The position numbers and the translations under genes are program-made. A stretch of 64,000 nucleotides of DNA from Nitrospirales bacterium (lineage in GTDB: Bacteria; Nitrospirota; Nitrospiria; Nitrospirales; UBA8639): the NCBI GenBank assembly GCA_965203295.1, contig CBDBCZ010000018.1, positions 640,001 through 704,000 of the forward strand, in the 5' to 3' direction. Numbering within the stretch: position 1 is the stretch's first letter; each line of letters opens with the position of its first letter. Below the pieces are notes generated by a model. That model saw only the letters and a program-made list of their open reading frames with translations. It was not told the origin of the DNA and ran no database searches. Below, piece after piece: positions 1 to 30,200 of the stretch.

Positions 1-50
1 AGTCACCTGTCATACACAATATCGTAGTATGTGTATTTGCGGATGTTTAT

Positions 51-1516
51 TTACAACAATGATTTTAAGGAATCTGTATACGAAATAAAATCAAGAATTG
101 CTTTCTCTAAAAGCTGTCCATTACTACTAACTACATTACTAAAGATATCTTCATATGAAGGATTGGTCATCATAAACCATTGGTCTCTTTGCTGCACCAA
201 ATCAGCACGATCTCTTAGAGGGTCTCGCCCAAGTGACTATATTCTATCAGTTGACCTCCCTGAGCCTCATACATCTGCTTTGCATCAGCAACTGACAGAA
301 CAAGATGGGGTGCAATTGGTGTCACTTGATTGTTCTCAGCAGCCCTTTGTTCTGGAACACCCGCCCCTTGAAAGATAGACAAGCATGAATTATCCCCAGT
401 GGCAAAACATGCATGCTACATTTTCATACCTGACACCGAATGATGGTTCCAAGATGAAACAAATTTGTGTATTCCTCTCGCACAAACATTACAAGCCACA
501 AAGGAAACAAAATCTATTTGTGTGCCCACTCATATTTAGCAGCTGTCTCTCCTCCATCCTGATCAGCACCCGCTTTACTGGATAGTTAACTCTTGAATTC
601 ACCTCTGGCCATATTCTTTCTATGGTGAGATTCTAATTTAAAAGACAATTACATTTAGCAATGATCAGGATACACATCGACATAAGCAATGCACACCTGT
701 GTTGATGGTGACTGGACATATGGCAGTATATCTGTCGCACCATAGTGACAGTTTGTTCTTAAATGGTTCTGAACAAACAGTGTCAAGTAGAATTCTGTTC
801 CATGATCTACCCTTACTTGGTCCCACAGACCATATTCTAGAATTGCTTTCCTACATAAAAATATATGAATAATATTAATATAAAATTTATGAAATATTAA
901 CACATTTGCATACCTGTATACTGCTTCATAAATTGCCAGTCCATTCTTCACAGGAAGGGTAAGGTGTGCAACAATTTTGCCTGAGTAGCCATCTCTTGCA
1001 ATGACATGAGTAACCCCAAACATCGACAACTTCTCATTTTGATCTGGGTGCACTTTGTGACCAAAATATCTTGCACAGTACCGCACTGGATTCACCCTGT
1101 CCACTGTATTGTGCCTTCTTTGATCATAGCTAAGAGGATCCACACGCTGGAGTGAATCTGCTACTCGCTCTTCTGATACATTGATCCCTTGAGATGCTAA
1201 GTATCCTTTCATCATCTGGCGCCCGTATGTGCTGCCAACCTGCATGCCATGCAACAGTCATTAACCATACCATTCTCTAAGGCTATAGCACTGGTCATCA
1301 GCCTACCTCAGAGACTGCATCCTCCACAATGCTGTCCAGCTCTACACCAGTGGGCTTATGAATTGAGTGCTGGCTACAAAATCTCCTTACACTTCTCTCA
1401 GATAGCCCTCTTGAGATTTGAGGGAAGCGAGCCTGGAGAGTTTCACTAATCTGCTGATGTGTTAGCCCTTTGAATACCAACTCTTTTACTTCTTCAGGGT
1501 CTATGGTGCCATCCAT
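51..1516 (-). mobile_element. Intron-containing DDE integrase-core (rve-like) transposase gene, frameshifted
   Basis: Exons ~1516-1307, 1239-914, 850-697, 632-430 and 367-51 are joined by ~60-67 nt GT-AG introns in consistent phase. The protein has an N-terminal HTH-like region (LSERSVRRFC...YGRQMMKGYL) and DDE-type motifs HPDQNEKL / ARDGYSGK / RVDHGTEF / TIERIWPEVN. Restoring the last two exons needs a 2-nt deletion corrected near 505 and a 1-nt deletion near 230. Confidence 0.75.
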
Positions 1517-1694
1517 CTTACTCAGAGTGATAGGGTCACAGACTGAACAAATATTTTCCACTAGCTAGTTGGTAGGGTATCAATACAGCATGAAGAATAA
1601 AACTGATGGTCCTGGTTCCATATCTTGGTATTCGGTTCTCAGGTTGTTAACTATCCATACCCATACCCATACCAGTAACAAGGTATACCGTCCC

Positions 1695-2145
1695 AAGATT
1701 TGCTTTCAGGTTAACAAATCTTGATATTTCCTTTTTTACCACATTTCTTAATCTTGCTAAGTTTGAACATTTGGTTTTTTGTTTTTTTTTGGTTCTTTGG
1801 TCAACCAAATGTTGATAAGTTGAACAGTAGATTTTTTGGTTTTTCAGTTGACCAAATTTCCTAATGTTGCTAAGTTTGAACATAAAGTTTTTTGATTTTT
1901 CTATTGACCAAATTTCCTAATGTTGCTAAGTTTCAACGTTAGGTTCTTTGGTTTTTTGTTTGACCAAATTTCCTAATTTTGCTATGTTTGAACATTAGGT
2001 TTTTTGGTTTTTTGGTTAACCAAAATTTCTAATGTTGCTAAGTTTGAACATGAGGTTTTTTGTTTTTTTTTGTTGACCAAATTTTCTAATGTTGCTAAGT
2101 TTCAACGTTAGGTTTTTTGATTTTTGATTGACCAAATTCCTCATT
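1695..2145. repeat. Tandem repeat with a ~59-bp unit (TTGACCAAATTTCCTAATGTTGCTAAGTTTGAACAT...T-rich), ~7-8 copies
   Basis: Repeated units are directly visible just upstream of the integrase gene. Confidence 0.9.
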
Positions 2146-3073
2146 TTCAAATTTCTACTTGGCCACAAGTAGGAACTGCAGGAATTAATATCGGATATAT
2201 TCCCTCATTGCTTGACCAAACATTTAGTATTTAGGATGGCCGCTTTCATACACTCATTTAAGAGGCAATATCGGCTGTCTCGGAACGACGGCGGTCCCTC
2301 TCACCGTCTTCGAAGCCTCTCTTTTCTCGCTGTATTCGTACATTGTTGCGATCTCTCCTCTCTGTCCTGAAGCACTTTTGGAACTGACGAAGTATCCATG
2401 CTGACAGTTGTATCAAAAGCGCTAGCTTACACATGTATTAGAAGTTCAAAACTTCGAAGAAATTCCAAAACTGAAGTATTCACGTGGTCAAGTCAATAGC
2501 GTCGCCTAGGATACGCATTTCGCTAAATTAGACTATATGCTCACTTACATTCGGTAAGACGTACGTACCAAACGGACAGACGGACAGCAATCGTACAGCC
2601 AAGTCGCTAAATTTGGGGCTCGCCCCAACAATAATTTTTAAAATGGAAATGCCGTGTATAGCTCATTTTTATTTCTTCACTCTTATTGGGCTACTTCCTG
2701 TGTGATGAATTCCTAAACAGCCTAGTTTTTTTTTCACTAATATAGTTCAATATTGTTTTTATATTACACATTACTAAAAAGTATTGGATAAATAAAGTAC
2801 AATGTCATACTTTTTATATTATATGGGCATGTACTCCTTGACTGGGAACAAGTATATCACTGCACTTATGGTTTTATACTACATAGTGACAATTGCGTTA
2901 TATTTGTTCACAAAATTAATAATCATTGATGGAGTAAGATTGTTGTTATAGTTGATAATGTATCAATTTATTGCTGTTTAGTTTGATTTCTTACTACAAT
3001 ATGTTGTGTATAGCTCATGTGCATTACTTTGCAGTCATGTAGTTGACACTGTATCATGCATTCCATCGCTGTT

Positions 3074-3497
3074 TTTTACCAGCCGGAGCGCGCGCAGCGC
3101 GCGAACGGCTGGTACTAAGATTGCTTTACGTTTTCCGCGTCTGTTTGTTTGTCTGCGCGTCCGCACATATCACGTGCGCAATATATTACGTCATACGTTA
3201 CTATGCAACTGCAGGGTATAGCAGCGTTTTGAGGTTTGCAGGCCAAGCTACAGCAAATGAGGGTAGTTTTGTGTTGCCTAGATGGCGAAAATGTGGTAGG
3301 TAGCCGCAAAGATCCTGGTTTCTTGGCATATAGCTACTAACTGGAGGCGCATGACGAAACTGCTGAGTCAGCACTTTCGCTGTACCGCTTTAGGAATGAC
3401 ATTGTAGTATCTCTGGCTCTACAGTTGTAGTTTAGTAGCTTGACCTAAGCTGAGTTGTGTGTATTGTACGGGAAAGGCGTCCGGCTGGTTTTTTAGA
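3074..3497 (+). mobile_element. Dispersed non-autonomous repeat, copy 1 (inverted copy at ~7145-7562)
   Basis: TTTTACCAGCCGGAGC...GATTGCTTTACGTTTTCCG...GCCTAGATGGCGAAAATGTGGTAGG...GTACGGGAAAGG matches the reverse complement of 7145-7562. Confidence 0.75.
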
Positions 3498-3637
3498 CAT
3501 GTAATGTCAGACTTGTTTGATTACCTACTACAATATGATGCGTGTATAGCTCATTGTCATTACTTTATTCTAATTATGCTACTTCCTGTGTGCATAATTA
3601 TTAGTCACACTCTAATTGACTACAGTATATACATCAT

Positions 3638-4181
3638 GTATATTAAATCCAGAAAGTACTCCCACTGGTACTCACTTCGCAGGTAAAACACAATGAACAG
3701 GCAACTTTGATCGCGCCGTAAGTGGATCAAAATACAGTTCATGCAAGTTTTTCTGAGCTCCTCAGGTCCATCTGCAGTGAACTGCAAGCTACAGAGTGGC
3801 AGTAAAGATGTGGGCACTATCTTAGTGGGCAGCGGGACACAACATAACTACGGGGGTTTAATGAGTTGGTATTATTATACACACTCATGTATATGAACAG
3901 AAACGAGGGCTGTTGAGAGTTGAAATGAGAATTGAGCTATACAAAAAAATAAACCACTGTGTTCTCCATCGAATCATCTGACTTCAGGGGAGGTTGGAAA
4001 GTCCTCAATGACGAACTCCTCCTCCACTTTATAGGAAGGGTACTTCCCCTTACGTGCAGTTTTCCTGTGCATACCAACACTGGTGCCGTCTTTTTCGTTG
4101 CCTGCAATGCCCAGCAGATCCCCCACTTCAAAGCTCAGCTCGCCGCGCTCAGTACCCTCATGACTTTCAATGGCTCTCACA
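3638..4181 (-). pseudogene. Tandem duplicate of most of the FUT8 terminal (SH3) exon plus 3'UTR
   Basis: Near-identical to 4352-4895 at a 714-bp offset. It encodes VRAIESH...PTSPEVR* but lacks the native splice acceptor. Confidence 0.8.
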
Positions 4182-4687
4182 TTGTCAATAATTTCAAAGT
4201 TGCAATGTTGGCATACATACAAATAATCTCCACAACTTGATTTTGTGGTGTATGTATGTTTATACCATGCAGGTCCTACACATTTTCTCCCGAAAATGTG
4301 CTCATGGGTGCTGAACTTCAGTGGCTCCAAATAAGAGAGCATACATGATTGGTATATTAAATCCAGAAAGTATACCCACTGGTACTCACTTCGCAGGTAA
4401 AACACAATGAGCAGGCAACTTTGATCGCGCCGTAAGTGGATCGCAATACAGTTCATGCAAGTTATTCTGAGCTCCTCAGGTCCATCTGCAGTGCACTGCA
4501 AGCTACAGAGTGGCAGTAAAGATGTGGGAACTATCTTAGTGGGCAGGGGAACACAACATAATCACGGGGGTTTAATGAGTTGGTATTATTATACACACTC
4601 ATGTATATGAACAGAAACGAGGGCTGTTGAGAGTTGAAATGAGAATTGAGCTATACAAAAAAATAAACTGCTGTGTTCTCCATCGAA

Positions 4688-20948
<16,261 letters not shown>

Positions 20949-21004
20949 ATTAAATTTTGCGAGAAGTATTATGACAAGCGTGCAAGGGGTTATTAACAAA
21001 TTAA

Positions 21005-21070
21005 GCGGGCAGAGGGTGTGGCTTTTGGAACGGTTGTCACGTGCAACTACTGGGCGTGGCCGCGGACGAA
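21005..21070 (-). promoter_or_regulatory. Probable FUT8 proximal promoter (GC/GT boxes)
   Basis: GGGTGTGGC, GGGCGTGGC and a CACGTG E-box lie 60-120 bp upstream of the ATG. Confidence 0.35.
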
Positions 21071-21859
21071 AATTCCATGCTTTGCGTGCGTATGATCGTG
21101 ATTGCGTAGATAATATATAGCTCTAAGGTAAATCATCAGAACGTTTGTGTCAGGACGGCTAACTTGAACTTAATTAAGCTGACTTTACCCACTATATAGT
21201 TATAGCTACTCTCAGTTGTGGTAGCTACGTTTCCACTCCTACAATCTAGCTGCAGTGTTTTTGAAAACTCTTTGTCACAAGACAGATTCTGACCACCAAT
21301 CTTTCTAGATCACCAATCTTTTTAGATCACCATTGATCACGTCATGACCCCTAGGCATTATGTTGCAGGCACAGATGACCCACTGGAAAGAACAACATCA
21401 TTGATGTATGACTTGCTCTATATGCATTATTCAGTCTGTTCACCACTGCAGATATCCCTTTCTTTCTCAATATTTTATACAGTAGCTGTTTGTGTGTGTA
21501 TACTGTCATGTGTGTGTGCAAGTGTGTGTGTGTGTATGAGGAGGGGAGGGAACTAAATGAAACTTGTAAATATTCAGTGCCCGATAAGTAGCACCTTCAC
21601 TATAGCTACTTGGGTAACAGTTACAGCATGAAGGAGAAACTTCTTGAAATGCAATTAGCATCACCGCATACGGAAAATTAAGTTTGAGTGTGGCTTTCCA
21701 GGAGTGAAAATATAGCTAGCAGGAATTTGCCATATTATTATTAACTCTGTGTATATGTACTTGGTTCATGTTACGTAAAACAGTATGAATGAAATTAATT
21801 ATGCATGGGAGGTACAATGTGAACATGAATCTGCATGAAGGTATATATATGTAAATGTT

Positions 21860-22991
21860 GAGAAATTCTCCCAGGCCGAGACGCAGAAGGATATCCTCTC
21901 TGCAGGTGGTCTCTGAAACTGTCTCTGCTGCATGTGGGTACATTTCTGACCCATGCAGCCATAGGAGTGTTTGCTGTGCTGTGTGCTGGACAGCAGTGAC
22001 AGGAATGGTTGCTGGTGTGCTGTGATTATAATTATTGCAAAGTATGTCAGCATTTTCAGCATTTGTACAGTAGCCAGCTCCCATCCTCCACTCTCCAGGG
22101 CCCACGTCGGAGGTGAAGACAGAGTCCGTGCTGTTGCGACCAGGTCTACCACGATTGGCAAAGTCTAAACTACCGAACCCAAGGTCGATGTAATCACTGG
22201 TGGAGTAGCCACTGGCAGTTTTATCAGCAGCTCTGCTACCATGCACCTGTGCTGTGTGAGCTACCTGGTGTCGATCCAGGATGCCGACCGGATTAGAGTC
22301 AGTGGCTCCAGAATGAGGGTGGCCATGCTGCTCCAGCTGTTCGCCATTTGGCTGCTCAGGTGACACCAGCTGTGCCACATGTAGGTCTTCTACTAGAGTC
22401 TCTTCGCCTGTTACGATGTGAATTGTGGAGCATAAACCAATCGAATTACTGATGGAGCCCTCTCTGGAGTGGGTGTGGCAAACGCATGACTTACAGACAT
22501 AAAACCGTGCCTGCTTTCAACAATCGCTGCTTCTTCTCTGCTAAAGAACTCTATAGCTGGGCTATGCCTGCTGTTTCCAAGAGAGATGACGTGTGGTGTG
22601 GAACTCAACTCCTTATGGGAACTATAATCGTGTGCACGAACAGTAGGAATTGGTATGGGGAGCTCACTGTAGGGAGGAAGATAGCACCATCGCCATGGAT
22701 ACTGGGGGAGGAGTGTCTCCTGGAATCCAGTCTTGAGAATCCAGCTGGAATGCGATAGTCGTTCTCTGATGTAGCATCCCCGTTTCCATTTGGAGCTCCA
22801 CAGTCTTCACCCTCTTTCTGAGGTGCCCACACAATAACGGGCTCGTCTCACCGGTGAGGGGATTTGGGAACAGGCGTGCAGCGTGGATCGACGACCCTCG
22901 GGTGTGTGATGATGTCATCGAAGGAGTGTGACTGTGGGGACACGGGTAAGGGCGGGATCATTCCAATTCCAGTAGTTCTTGGCAGTGTGTG
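21860..22991 (-). pseudogene. Disrupted large coding exon for a low-complexity/disordered region with Tyr motifs
   Basis: Acceptor CTTTCCCTTTTGCAG at 22992 is followed by protein-like reading (HTLPRTTGIG...ENDYRIP...SGYSTSDYIDLGFG...). It is broken by an in-frame TGA near 22850 and two apparent frameshifts. No family was recognised. Confidence 0.4.
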
Positions 22992-25961
22992 CTGCAAAAG
23001 GGAAAGCAACATTCTAAACTTGCTGATTCTTCCAAGTTACAGTCTGCATATGTTCCATCATCAGTTTACTGATGCATACACCGTACAGAACTCATCATAG
23101 CTGTACGTATTACGTATCCCAAAGCGCTACTGGTGACCTCTCGTAATTAAAGTCTTTTCATTTTTGGCGGCTGCGGATGCTATGCATGGTAACAGCAAGT
23201 CCTCTATTCTACATGTAGGTGAATTGCGCAGTCTCCACTGACACCTTTTTTTCAAGACTAATGCGCAATAGAATTGGCAGAGGAATTGGGATATGAGGCT
23301 GTGCATACTGGCATTTCTGGTTTTTGATGAGGCCAGATAGCTAAATGCTAGACTTAGTTTGGATTCCGGGATTGTGAGAATTTTTGGTCTTGTAGCTATA
23401 CACCTGAACAGCCATCCAGAACGCTAATTTAACCTAGCTACACTTATCTCAGTAGACCTATTTCTGTTTTCTGGCTGTAGCTACCTGAAGGATCATGATG
23501 TCACCAAACTAGCTGGTCGGTTGACCAAGGAGGACAGTGTACATTGCTGTTCTGTTTGGGGATGAGGCCATGCTAATACTGCTTGACTATAATTTATACA
23601 TGTATAAAAACGTTAATATCTTGCAATGTCTTATTCCGCATTTCTTATGGTACTCATAAAATACCAGTAACCTAGTGTATACCTTGTTGCCTGCGTGTGC
23701 TGTGACAAGGAAGCCCATGAAAGATGTGTCACTAGACATGTGTTCCTCTCCATCGCGGAGCTGGAGCTGATGAAGTCATGCTCTAGCTCCATTATCTGCA
23801 AACTGTCCGGCACTCTGCCAAAGTAGCTAGCTCAGTGCAACGATTTTGTTTTGCTTCTTCCCTTCATTTCGTTGAGTTCTTTTATTTATTTTTAAAGCCT
23901 TGTACAGTACATGTACATGAATACAAGTTAAATTTTGGGCCCCCCATGGATTTGAGTCCCCCCCCGCGTCCCCATTTCCACGGGATATTGGGGCCCCCGT
24001 CATAAATCTGGGGCCCCCTTCCGGTTTTGAGTAATGGCGGCGGCGGCTGTGTGCAATGGCTCGTTTGACTCAGCCAGTGATTGAGTGGGCCGCATGAAAC
24101 CCAACGTATACCTGTCGTATTCGGTGAAAAGATAGAGTCCTGATCCTTCAGACTATATCGTATAAGAAACGAGGTGAATTGAACTACAGCCGTGTTTGTT
24201 TGATTATGTATAAGAGGCGGGGCTATTCCAACGGGGTTATTCCGACAGTTAGCGCTTATATCTTCAGCGCACTGTGGAGTTAGGCGATAATTTATTGATT
24301 CAGTATAGGCCAATAGGACAGCTACATGCATGGCGGCTATCAGCTTCGTAACTTTTACGTACGAAACTGGATCTATACACTCCAGTGTATTAAGTGTCGG
24401 AATAGCATTAGCCCCGCTGAACCTACTATATAATGCAAGGCCCGGTGTTCCTGGGCGAGCATGAGCGAGAAGTGCAATGACTGGGACTCAGTATAGATGT
24501 GCAGCGATAGACTGAGATAAATTTAGCTATATGTGAATAGATGAAGCAGCAAGTTAAGAGGGTACAGTTTATATGAATACTCCAGTGTGCATTCCTGTAT
24601 CTGTTCTCAGTCACGTACGTAGCAGAGCGGGAGCATTGGAGTTAGTGGTAGCGAGCAAGCACTGCAACATACAAATTATTGGACTGGGCCAGTGAACTTG
24701 ATTATGACAAGCTAGTGACAATAGAGGCAGTATATTATATCCTGGGGCAGAATGTTGACATGCAATACCAATGTCCAAACTGCCCATGTGTAATTCACAA
24801 TCTTCTCTAGCAAACTATGCTAGTGTTCTAGCAAACCTTTCTCCCGGTTGTTCTACTGACTCGGAAGCATGTAGCTAGTATAGTCCCTCTCCTTCGCTAG
24901 TCTGCCTGTTGGCCTCGTACATACTTGTGTGGTCTGGGGGTGAGTTAACAGTATAATATGTACGCGTGTGGTTAAAGAAATTTTATAGCAAGGCTACAAA
25001 TATAGCACATGATGCATAGTTTTGGCACGACATATGTATAATACGTGCAGACATAAATGGAGAGCTAACTCGCTATAGTGTAGGGCTTGCTCAAGCTCAC
25101 CCCAGGAGTTTTGCTTCATCATGGCATTTTTAAAATCAACTTAGTGACCAAATAATTCCCCTATCGATTAATAATTTGTGATAAGTTGTAGGTTTGTGCT
25201 TAATTAAGACCAAATAAAGGAGTGTAACTGTGCCCTTGTGTATACTCACATTTCCAGGTGTTCTCAACCTTTATCTCGTAGGCTAGAACCATAGACCACC
25301 CCTGAGCCCTGCACTGCAAAAATGAAAGGATGGTTTCAAACCAGCTGGGGTTATCTCAGTTGCAGTCTACAAAACAATGTGTATGTAAACAAGTAGATCA
25401 CTTTACCACCAATTTCAGAAGAAAGGAAAGAGCCATTAGGAAAATTAGTAGCACATATCTTGTTCCTGGTCTCACCAAAGAAAAAAAGATTTAGCTTGGC
25501 TTCCTGAGTAAAGTGATCTTATTGCACTGCACGTAACTGCACATTCTCTGGTACTGGGGCTGCAACTGAGGTAACCTTATGTGGGTGTAAACAAACCACT
25601 TTATTTTTGCATGCATGGCTGTTTGCCTATCAGGTAATTCACCACATCATGTTACACTGATGTCACATTTAATTGGCCTTGTATTCGTTGACATTCATAA
25701 CACAGACAGTCCTCCAACCTAGTATAATCATAGCCCATGCAGAATGTTGCCTTGCTATCAGAGTATATTCACAAACATCTGATAAGGTAGTACATCAAGA
25801 GAGGTAGTTAATATTCATAGATTCCCTAAAGTGTGAATACTGACTGTTGTTCCATCTCCTTCTGAATCTATCCCAGCTAGCCACAGCCAATAAACAGCAA
25901 AAGAGTTTGCACGTATATTATGATGTAATCTTTTTAATTACATCAATATCTCTTATGAAGG

Positions 25962-27278
25962 ATGGCAGGCTTTCAACGCCGAAGATACCCCTTTGAACTT
26001 CGAGGAGTCGAGGCTACAGGGAAGGAAATTGGTCGAGGGGCGTATGCTTTGGTGGAGGAGTTTTACTATCGCGGTTTATCTTGTGTAGGAAAATCCATTC
26101 ACCAGGAACTTGAGCCAGGACAACAAGGCAACATACTGGAGCGATTTGATGCGGAGTGTGAAATCCTTAGCAAGCTACGTCACCCCAATATCGTACAGTT
26201 CCTTGGGGTTCACTGGAAGAATGATACTCAACTCCCCGTGCTAATTATGGAGCGTATGCACTGCACTCTGGCTAGCTGCATTGATGACCACGGCATACTT
26301 CCAGAGGAGTCCAACTACTCCATTCTCCACAATGTTGCTCTTGGACTGAACTACCTCCATCACTACTTCCCCAGCCCTATTGTACATCGTGACCTCACTG
26401 CCAATAATGTCTTGTTAACGCCCGAACTGAGTGCCAAAATATCAGACCTGGGTGTTGCGAAAATTCTGAATCAGCCAATGTCCAAAATGACCAAGTGTCC
26501 AGGGACACCGCCATACATGCCACCGGAAGTTTTTTTAGATGATCCAAATTATTCCACTAAAGTTGACAGCTTCTCCTATGGCGTTTTGATGCTACATATG
26601 TTCTGTGGAAGGTGGCCATTTCCCAAAGATATCCGTGCTGTAGATCCACATGATCGGACAAAATTCATCTGTCGTAACGAGATTGAGCGACGTCAACAAT
26701 ATCTCAGTGATATTCCAGCCACACACCCCCTCCTGCCATTGATGCGAAGGTGCCTCAGTGATCACCCCGATGGTCGACCTGATATATTTATAATTCTCAC
26801 CACTGTCCAGAATTTGTTGAGCCATTTTCCTCCTGCATTTCAAGACAGACTTGAAGCTTTTGCACGAATCAAAGCTGATACCAATGAGAAGGCTGTTCTA
26901 AATGAGCGAGTTTCGAGCCTTTTAACAGAAGTTAAACAAGCACAAGACCGAAATGAGCGACTTGTTGCAGAAGTTGACAGACTTAGTGATCAGCTTGGAA
27001 GAAAAACTGTTCTTCTTAGAGCTAATGATTCTACCATTGCTGAACTTAGTCGCCAACTTGCATTCAAAAACAGTTTTCTAAAAGAGAAGGAATCTATGAT
27101 TGATATCTGCAACAAACAACTTCAGCAAAATGCCCACACCATTGATAGTCTCAGACGTCAACTCGCTAGCTTCACACGTGAGGTTGCTGACCTGTCCAAA
27201 AGAGTGCAGGAACTCTCTGATGAAAACACTGCCTTGGAAACAGCAGAAAGAGAGAAGTTTCAGTTGCAGATTTCGAAG
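25962..27278 (+). CDS. Ser/Thr (TKL-type) protein kinase domain plus coiled coil, single exon
   Basis: Motifs IGRGAYALV, VGK, HPNIVQFLG, HRDLTANN, ISDLG, GTPPYMPPE and DSFSYG, then a heptad-rich C-terminal region. The donor is AAG|GTACG. Confidence 0.95.
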
Positions 27279-30200
27279 GTACGTAATGCAATAGTGCTTT
27301 TTGTTTCTTAGATTTTCACAAGAGGGTGAATACTTAATTCAAAACTGCTAGCAATAGCCCTCCATGTGGTTCAGTGAAAGGAAGGGGTTACCTGTTCTTG
27401 TATCCTGTTTGTTAGCGTGTGCATGAAACTTAAGGCGCATGTGTGCACTCCAGTATGTACTTTGACCTGTGACCCGTTTAAAGGTGAGCGAATGTAAATT
27501 CTGCAGTATTGTGAGCATACTAATCCTTTCACAGGACCTGTATACTGCATCCAAGGAAGGCCATAGCCAAGTTGTCCAGTATTTACTCAACAAAGGAGCT
27601 AATCCCAACTTTCAAGAAGAGGTAAGATGTGAAAGTGTGTTCTGTAATTCATAATCACAAGGATCACAAGCTCCCTACAGTGTTCAATCATTATTGTATA
27701 GTCTCTATTAATAATCAGAACGTCCCTTTGAATAAAGAATACTGCCCACACCACCTACATATAATTAGTGTTTGCCAGAAGCATTAAGTATGCATTGCGC
27801 TAATGGAAGTATTTGGTAAATCATACCGCAACATTTGCCACGATTACAAATGACTAGATGTGCAGAACTTGCCTATAGCCAGTATAGCTAGCTAAGTCTG
27901 TGTATTGCTTCTAGAGACCCCTGCAGAGATGGTAAACAACATTACAGCATTTGTCAATGACTTTCTGTTATGCTTTGCAGCTGTGATGTTATTTAAGATG
28001 TGGCCGTCAGAAGCAGGGCGGCAGGGGCGGCCTGAGCCGCCCCACTTTTTATGCCAATTTTTTTTCGTATGCGCTTGAACTTTCGCGTACCACAGCCCCA
28101 CTCGCGCGCAGCTTACGAGTGGGGCGTAGCCCGCGACACTATGAGCTGGCTGTATGCTTTATCTCAGCCTGTATGGAGTTTTCTTTACGTAATGTTAGTG
28201 CATGACCTTCAATGTAGCGAGATGCAGCGAGAGCAGATTCTTTACCGCCGAAAAATAAGTCTCAAATTTTTTTTCCGCGCTTCACGCGCCACTCTCAGCC
28301 GCTGCACAGCCTCTGACGTCACGCCCGATGGCCGCTCCACCTCTCGAGAGCCTGCTTTGTAATCACGAGCTGTCAATATTTCTACCTGTCCCTTAAGGAG
28401 CCTGGCTGCTTTGTAATTTTGTGTCAGCTATATTAAGTTATATCTGCAATGCACATCTTAAATAACATCACAGCTGTAATTAGAGTAATAATATGAGTTT
28501 CAGCTGGTTTGTTGGATTCTTTTCCAATAGAATGGGTCCACTCCACTGTCTATAGCCGCTGAAAGAGGCTACCCTGAAATTGTTGAGATGCTTCTTACAG
28601 CTGGTGCCAGCACAAAATGTGTATCAAAGGTATGTAAGCTACTACAGTAGCTGCTGAAGTATTAGTATAGACCAGCTACAAATCATTCATAAAGGTGTTA
28701 TGTTCTTTTGATGGACATTTACCTCTATGCAATAGTGCGCATGTTTTGACTGGTGCTGAGATTGACATGGATGCCTATATACGTACTTGTTCACCATGCA
28801 CAGAATGGTGAGACAGCTCTGTACTATGCCTGTTGGAAAGGCCACAGCCAAATTGTGGCGTTACTTGCCCAAGCAAGAGCTGATGTGAATCAGCAGAACA
28901 AGGTCAGGGAGGTTGATGTGGTGCACATAGAAAGAAGCACACCTTGTACATACAAAAGAAGCCCAGGTGTCTGTTCCTAATCTGTTAAATATACAGCATC
29001 CTCGACATAGTCTCGTGGGCCAGCCCACTTCCGCTTAGAGGGAAGGTGGTCTGGGGAATTGCCATACTGGCATACGTCCTACCGCTGTCTGGAGTGCGAT
29101 CCAATCACAGTGCAGTATTCAGTCACATGATATATGAAGTATGCAATTAACGAGAAGATTACGCGATGGCCGTATTACTATGTAGGCAGAAGTCACTTAT
29201 TCGATAGCGATATTAAGCGACGAAGAGATCTATTGACAGAAACATTTGTTGAGCAAGAGCAGAGCAAACAGACTTTACCGAGTGAAGCGTCATAAGTTGG
29301 AGTGTAGCAGAGATCGAAAGAGTGGCTGCAGCGGCTGCTAAGAGCAAAAGCTTGTTTATCAGCCTCCCTTCCTAGTCCTTTCAGCTTTGCGTCGAAGATC
29401 TTCCCCCACATTGGTAAAGAAGCGTCACTGCACAGAGCTTTTCTGTCTCCCTGCGAGGTCTTGCAGCCACAGCCAAGCAGAAAACTTCTGATTCCATGCG
29501 CCGCTTGCACTGCCGTACTAAGTACCACAGATAATATAGCTCCGTAACAAAGCTCTACGGTAGTACAGCAATAGACGATAGCCACTCATAAACTCACACG
29601 CGGTAATTATCCCACGCTAACATGTAACTGTTGCGCAACTAATTAAATTCTGGAGCGACGTATGCCAGTATGGCAGCTCCCCAGACCACCTTCCCTCTAA
29701 GCGGAAGTGGGCTGGCCCGCGAGACTATCCTCGACATTGCATGCCAGAGGGCACACTCAATCACCACACATTTGTTGTCATGAAAAAATGACAAAATAAT
29801 ATGTACTGACTCCCAACAACTACTACCGCTGTTTCATTTACAGAGTGGATCCACACCCATTTTTGTTGCTTCCCAGAATGGCCACACTCACATTGTGGAG
29901 ACACTGCTCAACAACGGAGCCAATCCCAACATCCAAAAGGAGGTGAAAATTAGCATTCTGCAGTCTGCAGTATAGTATAACCCCATGGCAATGTATATTT
30001 TGTAGAAAAGGATTTTTGAGGGTGCTATATAATTTTCAAGAACTTGTCGCGTTTTTTGCGTGCCTAGGTGGTCATAAGGTTGCTTTTTGTTCTCATGTCT
30101 GTCTGTTTGTGATTTTTTGTGTTGCCGAGATGGGAAAGAAATTAAATAATGACATTCTCTTTTGTTCTTGCGATGTGCTAGCTGGAGTATTGCATAATAA

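Noticed and set aside
1695..2145. Regularly spaced repeats as a CRISPR array
   Set aside because: The intervening sequence is repetitive and T-rich with no unique spacers. There are no cas genes and the context is eukaryotic.
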